A stretch of DNA of 64,000 nt, taken from NCBI GenBank assembly GCA_024704765.1, contig JAKMXF010000328.1, positions 119,864-183,863 of the forward strand, read 5' to 3'. Of the stretch, positions 24,667 through 38,400 are shown in pieces. Source of the DNA: Oopsacas minuta. Lineage: Eukaryota > Animalia > Porifera. The first letter of the stretch is position 1, and each line of letters opens with the position of its first letter. Below the pieces are notes generated by a model. The model worked only from the letters and a program-made list of their open reading frames with translations, was not told the origin of the DNA and did not search any database. The translations under genes were made by a program, and so were the position numbers.

Positions 24667-27637
24667 TATGTTTTTCTGAGTTTAATTTCGGTTATGAAGG
24701 TTAGTGAATATTTATCCCCAGGTTCTCATAGAATCTATGCAATGAATCAATCTAAATACTGTGACCGTATTCAATATAATATGTAACCACTAAGTTTGGA
24801 CTACGCTATTTGAGGAAATTACTGCCGTGAGCTTTTTACTGGCTCTATTACTTGTACCATGGATATTCTTACTCTGTTAGGAAATACTTCCCTTACATAG
24901 CACATTTTCAAACTTTAATCTTCAATTAAATATTTAGCACACGTGCACACAACACTTAGTTCTGTTCAAATTTATGACATTGTACTTTCAAGGGCTTCTA
25001 TCTGACTTGTCAGTGATTACATATTTATCATTTAGGTGGATAACACTTGATTTTACACTCTTAGATAATTAATTCGATAATCTCATTGAATTCAGCATAT
25101 CTTCCTACCTAGAAATACGTAATTCCATTCTGAATGAACAAATGTATTGGTTGTTAGGGTAACGAATGTCATGTCAGCATGGTTATATTATCGAATTATT
25201 CTGGCTTTATCAAAATTGTTCAACTTTCATTGTTGTATTCCAGTAACTGTAACTTAGAGTTAGGCATTTCTATTACGGATTGCTAAAACACGTATATTGA
25301 TGTATCAAATTTACATTTTATACTCGATCATATTCGTTTTTTCTACTCTGCAACCATATACTTGGTGACCAATGTGCAATATGATTTTTTCGCCCTTCGC
25401 AAGTTATTTGATGCTGAATTTTGTTGTGGGTTTTGAAACAATTTTTAAGAATACATTCAATTAATTAAATGGTTTAGCCCCGCGTATAAGTGGGCAAAAA
25501 GTGACTTTATCACTTACTTATGTCTGAGAATCTCAAAATATCTTAAATTATACATTTCCTAAATCTATTCGTATCTTCAATAATACCAAGAAATTCAGGG
25601 CTAGGCGACATATATTAACTAAACATTTGTTTTTAATATCTTCTTTTTAGTTTTTTTCACTGATAGTAGATGATCTAGACTAATTAATTTATTATGAAAG
25701 ATATTACATCGATTAATTACACCAAATAATGTGAAATATCTCTCAACACAAGTGATTAAGTCTAGATTGGAATTGATAGTTTGTTGATAAGTGATCGTTA
25801 TAGTTTTTTTGAGATCCTGCAATAGATTAAGTTGAGAGGTCACACTGGAAACTAGAAATTTTCAAAAATTCCTCCTTGTCTGATAGTATATTTTTAATTC
25901 ATGTGCTGTTAGTATCAACTAATTATTATCCTTCTACAAATTTATCACAAATCACGCCAAAAATGTGTTAGATACAACTGTACATATATTTAATGTTTCC
26001 AATCAATTTTACCATCGAATTACTATAAATGAAAACTTCGCCTCTGTGCCTAGTATCTACATACCGATTTCCGCTTAACTGCCCATTTTGCTCACTACGT
26101 GATTCTTCTCATATTGATGTATAAATAATGAAGAATTTATTGGTATTCTTTTATAGCAACATATCTTGCTATATAGGTATATATTTAAGAATATATGTGG
26201 CTGGGGTAAAATCTCTTAATTATTGAAATTTAGTAGCAATAATTAATTCACAGTATTATAGTAAAATTGATATCAAATTCTATCACAACACGATTAACCT
26301 GTATATAATACATAAATGGCAGTGGTTAAATTTGAAATGTCCTAAAGTTTAAACACAGCTAATAATTGTGTATTAAATATTCAATTCAAGATCAAAGAGT
26401 GGAAATTATACTATGTAGGGTAGTAATTTCCTCTAAAATTACGAATTTCATGGTATCAGATATAAACTGGTAAGATCTCATGGCAGCACTTTCCTCACAT
26501 CACCGTACTAAGGTCAAACTTAAATCTTGATTTTGATTTTACGCCGTCCTCACAACGAGCTATCGTATTTCCCTAAAATCCGCCGGAGCTTGACTAACCG
26601 CCGGGGCTAGAAAGTAGTTCCATAACATGTGAATAAATTTAATTATCACTCCGAAAAATATTATTGTCGCCACATTTGGTCATGCTACAAATTAGGATAA
26701 TTAATTTCCTAAATTCTTTTGCATTCTCGAAAATTTATTATTGAATGAAAAAATTGTATCAAAAGAATAAGCGCCATGGCGCTTACCCAGGAAAATACTA
26801 TAAGTTCGAACGCAGCTAAGTTTTGACATGCATACCAACTTTTACTGTTAATATTGATAAAACCTTGCCTACTATACATAATGGCTTACAGTATCTCTTA
26901 AATATTGGATTAGAGATAGCTTAGCTGATATAACTAATAATAAATGATTTTTATATTGCTGCAAAGCAACGGGCTTTATGCCTAAATAGAGTTGTACATT
27001 TTTTACATCCACCTCTCAATATTATACAATTTCGATATTATCCAAATTTGACAAGCAATTTATTTATATATTTTAGTGGTGATATTAATAGGCCGTGGTC
27101 CAATGTTGTTTTAATCAATTCCTTATATCCTGAAACCCTAAAAAGTATGTTTGTTACGATTGCAACGAATGTTATTTTGTCTTAAAAATAGAAAAACTAA
27201 ATCAGCTTTCTATTTTAACGAAGTCGGTGACATCCACGACCGTGTATTATGTAAGTCATGACGTGCTCTATTTATCTCTTAAAACATTTCAGGAATGTGA
27301 TAAAAATTGTGCCTCGTCAGCTTTTAATTTGAAAGTATTCCATCATTCGCTAACTTGTATAACTTTAATTATTGCACTTCCATTTATTATTATTTGAGAT
27401 GATCTATAAAATACTTTTTTTTCATTATACATAATTGGCACTTACTTGAGCTACAGTAAAGACCATAGGTTATATTTTCATCCAATTATACCTCGATAAG
27501 ATTGATTTTTATTCTTTATCATAGACAATTTATTCTACATACCCGACTTCTCAACCCTTGTAAACGATTTTGATATGATAGCTCTTTTCCTTATTGTATA
27601 ATATTCAATATAGCCATATAAGTTATATTCACGATTA

Positions 27638-28760
27638 CTAGGGCGTTCAATAAGTCTTGCGGGTGATGTCATAGAAAGGGTACAAACACTATACGCACTA
27701 ATTCACTACATTATTTATTCAAAGTAATCCCCTCCTGCAGATACACAAAGTTTTAACCTTTCCACCCACTTGTAAAACACATTTCTGTACTCTTCTTCGC
27801 GGATGGATTTGAAGTACTGGCACAAGCCCGTTCAGAGTGCATGTAATGTGTTCAAATCTTTTCCTTGAAGATAGATTTTAAGCTCGGAAACAGCCAAAAA
27901 TCACAAGGAGCTATGTCAGGCGAGTATGGTGGATGAGGAAGTAATTCTAACCCCTCTACATCCAAGAAACTTTTGGTTAGCTTGGCTGTATGGGAGCTGG
28001 CGTTATCAATTTAAATCTTCATTCCTTTAGTTCAGGTTTTTGTGCGGTACTTTTCTATATTTTTTATCTAGTTTGAAAGCACTTGCTCTGTAAAGAAAGT
28101 AGCAGTCACAGCCTTGCCACTATCACAAGTTAACTGCAGGACATTTTCATGACTACTGAAGAAGATGGTATACATAATCTTAGGTTTTCTGAGTCGGCCT
28201 AGGAATTTTCGCCGATTGTTCCTCGCCCCTCACCCATGATCGCTTCTTATACTTGCTATACGGTGTTGAATAGTACGCCCACGTCTTGCCCCCAGTAATA
28301 ATCTCTGTTAGGCATCTAGAATCGCAGTTCTCATAGGTTTCCAAGAGTTTCTTGGCAATATTCAGTCGTGCCAACCTTTGATTCTCACTGAGCTTATGCG
28401 GGACCCATTTCGCACAAATCGTTCGGTTGCCAAGCACAGTCATCAGAATTGTATGAATAGCTCCCGATGAAATCTCCACGCTTTGTTCTAACTGATTAAT
28501 AATAATTCACTTGTCATCCATGACCGTACTTTCAATGAGTGCGATAATCTCTGAAGTGGTGGCAGATACCGGTATTTCAGCTCGAGGTAAATTTGCGACA
28601 TCAGCATCACCAGACCTAAAAACGGGCAGCCCATCGCTCTACAGTAGATCTGGAAGGTCAATCCACGCACAATATCTCCAGTAACTCGCTACGATCTGTA
28701 CGTGCTGGATCTTAAGTTTTGTGCGAAGCTCTATGTCTACCCTAACTCTAAAGTGGCCAA
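27638..28760 (-). mobile_element. Mariner relic (one TIR identifiable)
   Basis: TA + CTAGGGCGTTCAATAAGT at 27638. Minus-strand fragments include ICAKWVPHKLSE, IITGGKTWAYY and an HTH region. The 5' TIR was not found. Confidence 0.8.
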
Positions 28761-30125
28761 CATTTGTATTCCAATTTTTTGATACCTATCTACCCTGCCT
28801 GGAGCAAACTATTCATGATTTTTAGTTTATCACATGTCTCATTTGCATTCTACGCATTTGAAACCTCAGCATCAAAGACTTCATATTTGAATACTTGATG
28901 TAAATGGTGAAATTTTAGCTCATGACACATTCTGCCACTTGATACCATTTACAACCATTATACATATAGTGATGGGTTTCATTAAGTAACAAAGGATTGA
29001 ATAATTTGAAATTGTTAGTATATTTCATAGAAATCTTAGAAACTCATTTGTCAGAATACGTAGATTACGAATTGATACGTAATAGCCTTTGAATTATAAT
29101 ATTTACTGTATTGACATCAGTAGATTTTCAACCAAAATTTGCGATGTTATGGTTGAGAATTTACTGTCCTACAAATTTTAATGTATATATTCCACTAACA
29201 TATCCCTAGTCCCAAATCCACAAGTACTGTTAGGCAGTATGTATGTTGCCTATGGAATTGCAATTACCTGACTTTTGAGTATTTTGAAAAGTTATGCAAT
29301 TTACTTTGGATTACCAAAAAATGCACAGTAGAAATTGGGACTCACAATCGAAGATCCCTTTCCACTTCGCCGCTGGGATTCAATACCGGGATCCCGATTA
29401 TTTCAATTTCTGCTATAGTATAGCCACGTCGGAATGAAATATTATTTGCAGGCCCGTAGATTATGAAAATGTTTACAGATCAATTTGTGAACTTTTACCC
29501 TAATGTCGTCCTTGTACTTAGGCCTTGCCCTCTAGGCCCCGATTCTTACAGGGAACACTGGAAAACAATGACACCTAATTTAATACATTTCCCCCTTGTC
29601 CCAACGCAGCACATATTGTGGTACCAGTGTCCTAGTTGGAGGGGAAGTCAACAGTCCCCCACAATTTTTCATACCTCCAAGAAATTTTCCGCATCGTTTT
29701 TGGTTGCAACAACTTGTCCCTGATATATTTTGACTACCAACACTGGTCCTGATAGCGAAATGGTCCCGGACAAATTTTATTTAATATTTGAATACTATAT
29801 TTTGAAAGTCTATTATTTCAAATGCTGCATTCCGTTTATTATTTATATCAACCGAAATATTTGAATAGTTAATATTGAGCTAGTTTTACCAAGTTGATAT
29901 CAATATTCAGTATTCGATTGACCAAAATCGATTATTTAACAGTGTTCAGTGGTTGGTGAAAATATTAGTTGAAAAATTCTAAGCTCACTACTATATCAAA
30001 AATACTAAAAGGAAATTTACTGTATTGGTTAATGTAATAATAAGAGGTCGATGGAGGTATTGCTCGGGTTATATATTTTAAGTTGATCAGAAAATATTTC
30101 AGTTTGAATTCTGTATCAACTATAT

Positions 30126-30327
30126 ACAAGCCTTTAGCTCATCGCTTCACGGTGAACTCAGCGCAGTGCCTCGAGGTATCTATTATCTTCCAAATGGAAT
30201 GCCCTTGGAGTATTATAGTATAGATATATTTAGGACATTGTAATTCACCTATATAAGTATATGGTATATATATAATTGAATTATTTTGTAAGATCAACTC
30301 CCTTGTAGCCGTTGTGAGCCATATCTA
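30126..30327. repeat. HINE/Helentron-like repeat with ~135-bp tandem units (continues at 31641-31860 and 33180-33480; another copy at ~60085-60400)
   Basis: Recurring tttactttatattcataaaaac...gaaatt-ggat-cagcatac...gtagcc units, acaaacaaac microsatellite at ~33425, and short hairpins at the ends. The family assignment is inference. Confidence 0.45.
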
Positions 30328-31640
30328 CAGGGTTGGGCATAAGTTCTGCCACAATATTATAATCCAGCCAAAAATTATTCCATTAGTTATTTGTATCTGT
30401 CATTTAGCTCAAACTTTGTAATAATATATATTTTTCACTCTTTCCCTGAAATTTTATATTATCTTAGCCTTTTGAAGCGATAATTGGTCATGGAGCAAGA
30501 GAGGTCGAAAATCATTGAATTATTTCAAGCAGGAAAAAATCCTTCAGAAATCTTCAATCTTCTGAAATTCCCTAATAGCAGAAGGAAGTTCATTACTCGA
30601 ACTATTGAGCGATATGAAGTGACTGGCGGGATTACTGATAAACCAAGATCTGGCCGTCCACGGTCTGTAACGACACAAAGGCTTAAAAAAGTAGTACGTC
30701 AACGAATTCGCCGAAATCCCCGCCGGTCAATGAGCAAAGTGGCCAAAGAACTAAGAGTTTCACGTAGATCAATCGGACGAGTTGTTAAAAATGACTTGCA
30801 TATGCGCTCTTTCAAGAGAAAGAGAGTCCATCACATCACGACCCTAGTGAAGGCAAAAAGAGCATCGAGAAGCAAGGGACTTCTTAAGAGGCACGCGATC
30901 CATGGTCTCAATTCATTCCTGTTCTCAGATGAGAAATTATTCACCATTGAGGAAGCAACGAACCCTCAAAATGATCGCATTATCTCATCCTCAATTTCTT
31001 CTATCCCAGAAGAACTTCGATATGTCAGCCGTATACAAAAGCCACTTTCAGTCATGGTTTGGGCGGGAATATCATCAATTGGCCGGACACCACTCATATT
31101 CGTGCCTGCTGGCGTAAAAATCGACACCCGAACCTACCGTGAGCTTATTTTAGAACCTGTAATACAAGATCTCTCTAAAACTATGTTTTCTGGGAAACCT
31201 TTCGTGTTCCAACAAGATGGTGCTCCAGCCCACACATCGAATGCCACTCAGGCCTGGCTTCGAAGCAATAATCCAGATTTTATTCAAAAGGAAGAATGGC
31301 CACCATACAGCCCCGATTTAAATCCAATGGATTATTCTATCTGGTCCATTTTGGAAACGAGGGCATGTTTGAAGTCTCACACCAATATAGACTCTCTGAA
31401 AAAGTCTTTGTGTCGAGAATGGGAGAGAATACCCCAAGAAATACTCCGTGCCGCTGTAGAGGCCTTCCCTAAGAGACTAAAGGCTGTAATTGAAAGAAAA
31501 GGAGGATACATCGAATAATTAACGTATCTGCGAATCTATATACTATATTTAGTAGTACATACCGAATTTCAACATAATACAATATATCAATCGGAAAATA
31601 TAGTTATTTAAAAATGTGGCAGAACTTATGCCCAACCCTG
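30328..31640 (+). mobile_element. maT-type (DD37D) Tc1/mariner element, intact
   Basis: Perfect 26-bp TIR CAGGGTTGGGCATAAGTTCTGCCACA and TA TSDs at 30326-30327 and 31641-31642. Confidence 0.96.
30490..31518 (+). CDS. DD37D transposase (342 aa, uninterrupted)
   Basis: HTH plus GRPR AT-hook, LFSDEKLF, QQDGAPAH, 37 residues, SPDLNPMDY. Confidence 0.95.
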   Translation: MEQERSKIIELFQAGKNPSEIFNLLKFPNSRRKFITRTIERYEVTGGITDKPRSGRPRSVTTQRLKKVVRQRIRRNPRRSMSKVAKELRVSRRSIGRVVKNDLHMRSFKRKRVHHITTLVKAKRASRSKGLLKRHAIHGLNSFLFSDEKLFTIEEATNPQNDRIISSSISSIPEELRYVSRIQKPLSVMVWAGISSIGRTPLIFVPAGVKIDTRTYRELILEPVIQDLSKTMFSGKPFVFQQDGAPAHTSNATQAWLRSNNPDFIQKEEWPPYSPDLNPMDYSIWSILETRACLKSHTNIDSLKKSLCREWERIPQEILRAAVEAFPKRLKAVIERKGGYIE

Positions 31641-31861
31641 TACGTTAATTTTGAGATTGTGCTAATTTTCTTCCTTTATATTCATAAAAACATCGATAAA
31701 TTTACATATGAGAAACTTGAATTTGCGAAATTAGGATTCAGCATACTGTGATACCCCTGAGTGGCCGTTTAGAGCGAGCCTATACATATATTTTGAGGTC
31801 TTGCTAATTTGTTTACTTTGTATTCATAATGCGACAATATATTACATATCAACTGATAAAT

Positions 31862-33174
31862 AAACGACAAAAAACAATAAATAATTAGACTTTTTTTCAT
31901 AATTAAAATAGCAAGCCTATACTTATCATAATTGATTATCAAATGTTTCGGTAAATTCCCCCTTTAACTTTATACATCGTTTCCATCGTTCTGGTAACTT
32001 TTCCAGCCCAGTGGTATAGAATTCTTTAGAGGGTCCAATTTTCCCACTGTTTTATTCATACTCCAGCAATTTGAAATCCTCAAATCTCTTCCTCGAAGAA
32101 GTCTCTTCATCTCTCCAAATAACCAGAGTCGCTGGGAGCCAGGTCTGGACTATACGGGGGATGAAGGAAGCATTCGAATCTTCAGTCGTCAAGTGCAGCC
32201 ATTGTTTTGGAGCTTACATGGGGCCTTGCGTTGTCATGTTGCAGCAATACGCCATGTGTCAGCTTGCCTCGCCTCTCACGTTTAATCGCTTGACGCAATT
32301 CTTTCAATTCGTCAACCTAATAATCACTGTTTATGGTTGTTTTCTCAGGTAACCAGTCGAGGTGTATAATTCCTTCCTTATCCCAAAATACTGTTGCCAT
32401 TCTCTTCCCTGCTGATTTTGCGCCCTTTACCTTGATGGGTAGAGGTTCATCACGTCTCTTCCACTGCTTCGATTGAGTTTTGCTCTCTGGTTCATAATAA
32501 TGGAACCAAGTTTCATCCCCCGTTATTGTACGATCCAAAAAGTCCTCCCCTGCCTTGTATCTTGAAAGTAATTCTTTGCTAACTCTGACCCTTTCGCATT
32601 TTTGTCCTTTTGAAAGTAGCTTGGGACCCAACACGCAGTTACCTTCGATATTTCCAGATCTTCAGTGATAATTGAGTGTAGTGTGGCTTTTGATATGTCT
32701 ACCTTCTCTTCTAACTCTCGCAGGGTTATTCGTCTGTCCTCGTCTAAAATTGTTTGGACCCTCTCGATATGACTGCGGGTTTTTGAGGAAGTCGGATGAC
32801 CTGGACCAGGGTCATCGTGGAGTTCCTCATCGCCATTATCAAAACGTTCGATCCATCTATATGAGGTGGCTTTCGAAGGACATTCATCACCCAAAATATC
32901 CTGCATTTCACGGAGAATCTATGAGCCAGTTTTTCCTTTTTCCACAGGTACCAAATTTTTTGTCGCTTTCCTTCTTTGCTATAATCCTTTAGTTGAAAAA
33001 AGTAGTCTATACAAATGAAACTTTATACTGAAAAATATGCTAGTAGAGTAAAGAGTATATTGTATCGAAAATAGACAATCAAGTTAGGCTTATAATTTGA
33101 AATTAGGCTTAGAGCTGTATTAACTAGAATATGAATTCGATACATTAGTCTCATTACTTATTGAACGACCCTTG
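31862..33174 (-). mobile_element. Mariner (DD34D) element, pseudogenised
   Basis: Right TIR (reverse complement CAAGGGTCGTTCAATAAGTAATGAGACT) plus TA at 33175-33176, with a decayed left TIR (caataaataattagact) at ~31875. Fragments WVPS, TGDETWFHYYEPE, HDNARPH-34-YSPDLAPSD. Confidence 0.88.
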
Positions 33175-34429
33175 TATATGTTCTTTACAATACCATAATC
33201 GGACTTAGCATACTCGATTACCTCAGTATGCCCATTGAAAGCATGTTTCTTTCACAATATTGAAATTTTTTACTTTATATTCATAAAAACAACAATAAAA
33301 TTCCGTATGATTTGTTCGATCTATTTAGTGAAGTTTTATTGGATTCTATTTACTTCCTTGATAAACACCATATATACATAGTTATGCGACAATTCAAATT
33401 TACCATTAATCTTTCCTTGACAACGGACAAACAAACAAACACAAGTAAACGGACAGACAACAATTGAGATTTAATTAAATTGATCCTGAAAAATTGCACA
33501 CATAGACCCGTTGAATGGGATAATCCGAATTCTATGACCCGAAAAACTTTATTTTGTCAGACTATCACCTCTGGCTATCTAACACAATACAACAGAGTTT
33601 CGGGCCATATATTTCGAGTTATCCACATTCACACCATTTATTTTTGTGCATTTTAAGATTGTATCTCCAGGGCCGCAAATGAGTCCCTGTTAAACTCCCG
33701 CTGCCACCTTCTCACTATCGTTACCTATAGTGTTGAAAATATTTACCTTCTGTTGTGAGATTATTTCACAAATTTATCCCAGTGGATTATTGAAACTTAG
33801 AGTTTCACCAAATTTCCATTTTTAGAAAAGAAATGTTAAAGTGTATGTGAATATATATTATATACATAATATTACCCACACAAGGTAAGACGCCCCTTAA
33901 CAGTCGTCCTCGCAGCTCGCATAAGAGGCTGGCTGCCCCTCTATGTATAGTTACTATGCAATTTAAAGTGAAATATTTTCTGCCCAACTTTGAATAATTA
34001 CACCGTAATATATACCTCTATCTACATAAATACCCACACTTAATTTTTCTCTCAAATACAAACGATACTACTTTTAGCAATTAATATGTGAAAGAAAGCA
34101 ATCCTATTAATTAGCAGAGGTGGTCCATTTCGTAAAATCGAGTTTGAGAGCATAAATGTATATAACTAGACTAAATTTGTCGAGTTGTATCAACAAGGGG
34201 TGACTCGATAGAGTTTGGATAAGCTTTGAGAATGGCATGTTGACACATTACTGAGATCATCTTGTGTTGCTATGGAAATATATTCCAGAATTTGGTCATG
34301 TGACTACTTTACGGTGATTACGAAAATTATAATGATGTGATAGGACTTCAATCATGGAGTTTATTTCAATTTTACACCCTAAGGTGCTATCTGATGACTA
34401 CACACAGTATCTCAAAAGTAGATTCCCAA

Positions 34430-34770
34430 AAGTGGATTTTTGTGGATTTGTGGTATGATATAGACAGAGGGGCATGATGGATTATGGATTTAATGGATTT
34501 GAAATTCATTAATTCCATAATCCCATTGATCCATTAATTTTTGATGGATAATGGTTTTCCAGATCATAAGTCCATGTATTTCCTATGGATTTGGATTTTA
34601 TTTATTCCAAAGAATCCATTAGATCCAGGATGTATATGGATTTTGTGGATTTTCATTGATTTCATATTCATATTCTTGTTCCCAATGATTATAGATTGGA
34701 TCTGGGTTCATGGTCGTGTGAGTAATGGATACGGATCGGATTTTGATTATCTTCTGGATTTATCTGGCAT
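34430..34770. repeat. Cluster of short ATGGAT/ATCCA motifs in both orientations (probable transposon subterminal repeats)
   Basis: Many ggattt/atggat/atcca motifs within ~340 bp. Confidence 0.5.
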
Positions 34771-35049
34771 AGCATATAATCCTACACTCAACAGTATCAA
34801 ATATGTTTTTATACCAATATGTTCACGCTTTGGCATGTTCATTGACTCCCACAACTTAATTAATGGCCTTTTTGTCTGATCTTGGGCTCGATTGGCTTCT
34901 TTTTTAATTTTGTTGTATTTGTAATCAAATCAAACAAGCTTTGTAAAATATCCAAAAAGTGGCATTTGACGTATATTATAACCCTTGTACGCTTCCCACC
35001 ACTGTCTCAATTATATTTCAAAGCAATTTTGGACAATAGTTGCTTACTC

Positions 35050-35480
35050 TTACTGGAATTATTAGAGTGGCGGCCCATCACCAATTTTTATGTTCAGGGT
35101 TCCCCTCTCCCTTACATTGGTAAACTTTACGCCAATGTTGAACGTATTTCATACCCTCAGCTATTATTTTATATTGTGGTACTTACAATTTCAATTTCAA
35201 ACATCAGGTCATTTCTTTGGTTTGAAGAATTATCTATACTTTATGCTCCCCTACCAAAGTATGCGTACACTCAAAAATAACAATTGAAATTCTATACTAG
35301 ATTTAATAATTTGCAGCAATTTATTCACATTATATGAGATACAGCAGGATCGTATTCGACACCGACTATTGAAGAAGCTATCGACTCAATTTGATATTCA
35401 CTGTTTTAAAGCTATAATCGTGTTTGACTGTGTACCACCATTTCAATTGCAACCATTCTATAGAGATACGAGCACATGGT
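35050..35480 (+). pseudogene. Highly decayed Penelope-like reverse transcriptase fragment (a second trace at ~25950-26070)
   Basis: Residual motifs FYVQ..GSPL...LY, FNNLQQFI, HFNCNHS, and PINFTIE at ~26000, resemble PLE RT motifs GSPLSP, FNSxHPxIKFTxE and FxSxHP. Confidence 0.35.
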
Positions 35481-38400
35481 GGAATGATGATAATATGCAA
35501 TCTAAGAAGTAACTAATTAACTACTAGGAAACTGTAATCCAAATTGCAATATCTGGTTAATATTGAATTCATACCCGCAAAATAGTTTGCTCATTTAGTA
35601 TTATTTTTAATGGACTTTAAGCGTGCACGAATAATTTTGGTAAGGGAGTGCATGCTTATTCTTATCTCAGGATCCAGGGAAATAATTTAGACAAATTCGC
35701 AATCAATACCCCGAAATTCATATTTTGATTTTACTAATTTCGGGTGGTGATTGCGAATTACAAGTCCTATTTCTTTCATCAAGTCACAATTTGATAATAC
35801 TCAACTTGAAAAATTGCTAAAAATAGGCATGAAATTCAGTATACGTATGTGACCATAATTATATTGAGTTGATTTTGAACTCTACCGTTATTGAGTTTCA
35901 ATAGATGCAGAATGAGCTCTGTGTAAGAGAAACTTATTATTTTATCATGAATTTGGGACTTACATCAAATATTGTTCATGCATGGAAAATGACTAAGAAT
36001 CAGCATTGTTTTACAAATACAGCGCTGATTCTGTTTCTATTGAAGCACAAACACTTTATGGTTATAAAATTCGAACAATTTTGTTGATGATTCTATCATA
36101 CTTTTCTGGAGTTTTTCAATATTTCGCCAACATTCTAGAAACTTTTTAGTATATATTTGAATTATAATTTGTTATTGTACAGATATCTAATACATTTCTC
36201 CGCCAATACGCGCCGTTTCTGCAATATAGAAATCATTTATATTTTGTTAAATCGGCTGATTTACCCCTAGTCCAAATCCACAAGTTACTGTTGGGCCTTA
36301 TATATAGTAGGTTATGTTATTATCTAGAGCTTGTAACACGCCTATATTTCAGCGTTATCACAGATAATAATGTACTAATGATACACAATCATAGATAGTA
36401 CACAACCAGAGTTTTGGTTATATATATCTATAATATTTATGTTGAGGGGTTTAAAAATTGAAAATCATTTCTTTGGTTTACAGTTGACTTTAAGGTATCC
36501 ATGGTTTGTAATTGAATAATGTTAAAGTGATTTGAGGAGAAATTACCAAGACTAATATTGCAAATAACCAGTATTTTAACCAGCCATAATCCCTGAAAAT
36601 GGAGTTATATACTTTATTTTGGTGCTAGCCTTCCTCCTCTCAAATTTTCATTAGCCTAAATCAGTAGATTTGTGACAAATTTTAGAAATTTTTATTCCAC
36701 GAAGTACTAAGTGCCGAGATCACTATCCTAAAACTCGACGTAGAACTCCAGCGTGGCCACAATAGGCCATTTAATGTAATTTGGATAGACCATGCATAAT
36801 TTAGTCGGAGTATTTCTGGCCTTATAGCGACCAATAGCACTACAAATTTAGCTGTTTAATACTTAAGCTAAAGACTACTAAATACCATTAACTGTCGACT
36901 CTCATACTTGGGTCTTCAAACTCGGGTCCATTGGTATCTCTAGAATTATCAAGTGACAAATGTTGTTAAATGTATTATTGCTGAATACGATGTCATATGT
37001 TGGAAGTCCATTGGCCACATTTCCTTTCCTAAATACTTATTAACTAGTGCTGAGTCCTCTTATCAGATGCGAGTATTAAATTTCTTGCTGTGCCACTTTT
37101 CGAATGTAAGTGCACAGTTGTCAGCTATGTGGGGATAGTGCATTTTTCACACCTCTATCGGAATAATTATCTTCTGATTCCATTTCTCAAATATTACAAA
37201 CATAGGAATCCAATTTTGTGGAGACATACATAGTAAGGTATTTGAGTAATTCGGACCTAAAGGAATCAATGTCTTTTCTTTAAATAGCACTTTATATTTC
37301 AAAAACCACAATACTGAAATTTGAGATTAATTAAGATCCATTGCTAGATATTGAAAGTTCCACATAGTTTTTCAAAGTACATACATTTGATGAAGTCACC
37401 GAAACGAAACTCTTTCAGAAGTCTTATAGTTTTAAATTTCTGCCAAATCCTAAGGATTTTAGAGTGGTTCGTTCATATATTTTTGATAATATACCTCATA
37501 ATATTATATTTCTACCCTGTCCGAAGCTCTCAGTTGTAATATTATACCAGTTATAACATCATGTCTTGCCTGGTGTTTATTATTTTCTGTGAAACCTTTT
37601 TAGATTCTGGAAAATACAAGAGAAAGTATTTATCATAAATTGTTGCATAGTCAATTGAGGCGTAATTCATCAAAGAATTCCTCTAGAAGATGCTGATTTC
37701 TTTACAAAGCTTGGAGCTTTTTCTTGCCCCACCCGCTTATTCAGGGGAAATTCACTAGTTTAAATTTACACTATTTTCCAGGAGCTCGCGAGAGGGCTAC
37801 TGAACTATCAATTCCTATATATTGTAGTTATCACTTAATATTGTATTAAGGTTTAAGCTTTTGATATATATTCTTTTGAATACATTAGAATTTAGAAGAA
37901 TGTGTTAATTTTAATTTATTGCCGAATCTTTTAGAATGTATCTAATTTGCTTCTGTTAATTCAGTTTACCTTAATCAAGTCAGCCAGACAATTTATAATT
38001 TGGCCATTTAATTCTTCTGTGAAGTATACACATGCAGATTGCACACGAGTGTTATCTCAGGTAGTCGATTCAAATGCCCACAAAAACAACTTTTCTCAAA
38101 AAATATTGGTTCTATTTTGTAAAGAAACATACCAGTGTAAAGAGGAAAGTTGGTACATTTCATATCATCGTTTATAATCCCCAAATTTTACATAATGAGT
38201 TAGTAATTTTGCATTACATTTTGGTCGAGGTTTTTTATTAATATCTCCCAAAATAATTATGATAACAACTCATCATTTTAAGCATATTTACATCTCACTT
38301 GGTACATTGTGTATATCCAATATGAAATTCTAATAATTATTTTTGAAAAAGTTATCAACCCCCCAACTTTGCATTGCAAATACATAGATGACCAGTATTT

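Noticed and set aside
26768-26785. Palindrome TAAGCGCCATGGCGCTTA (similar motif at ~15481-15495)
   Set aside because: Short, and most likely a transposon terminal motif. No further support for function.
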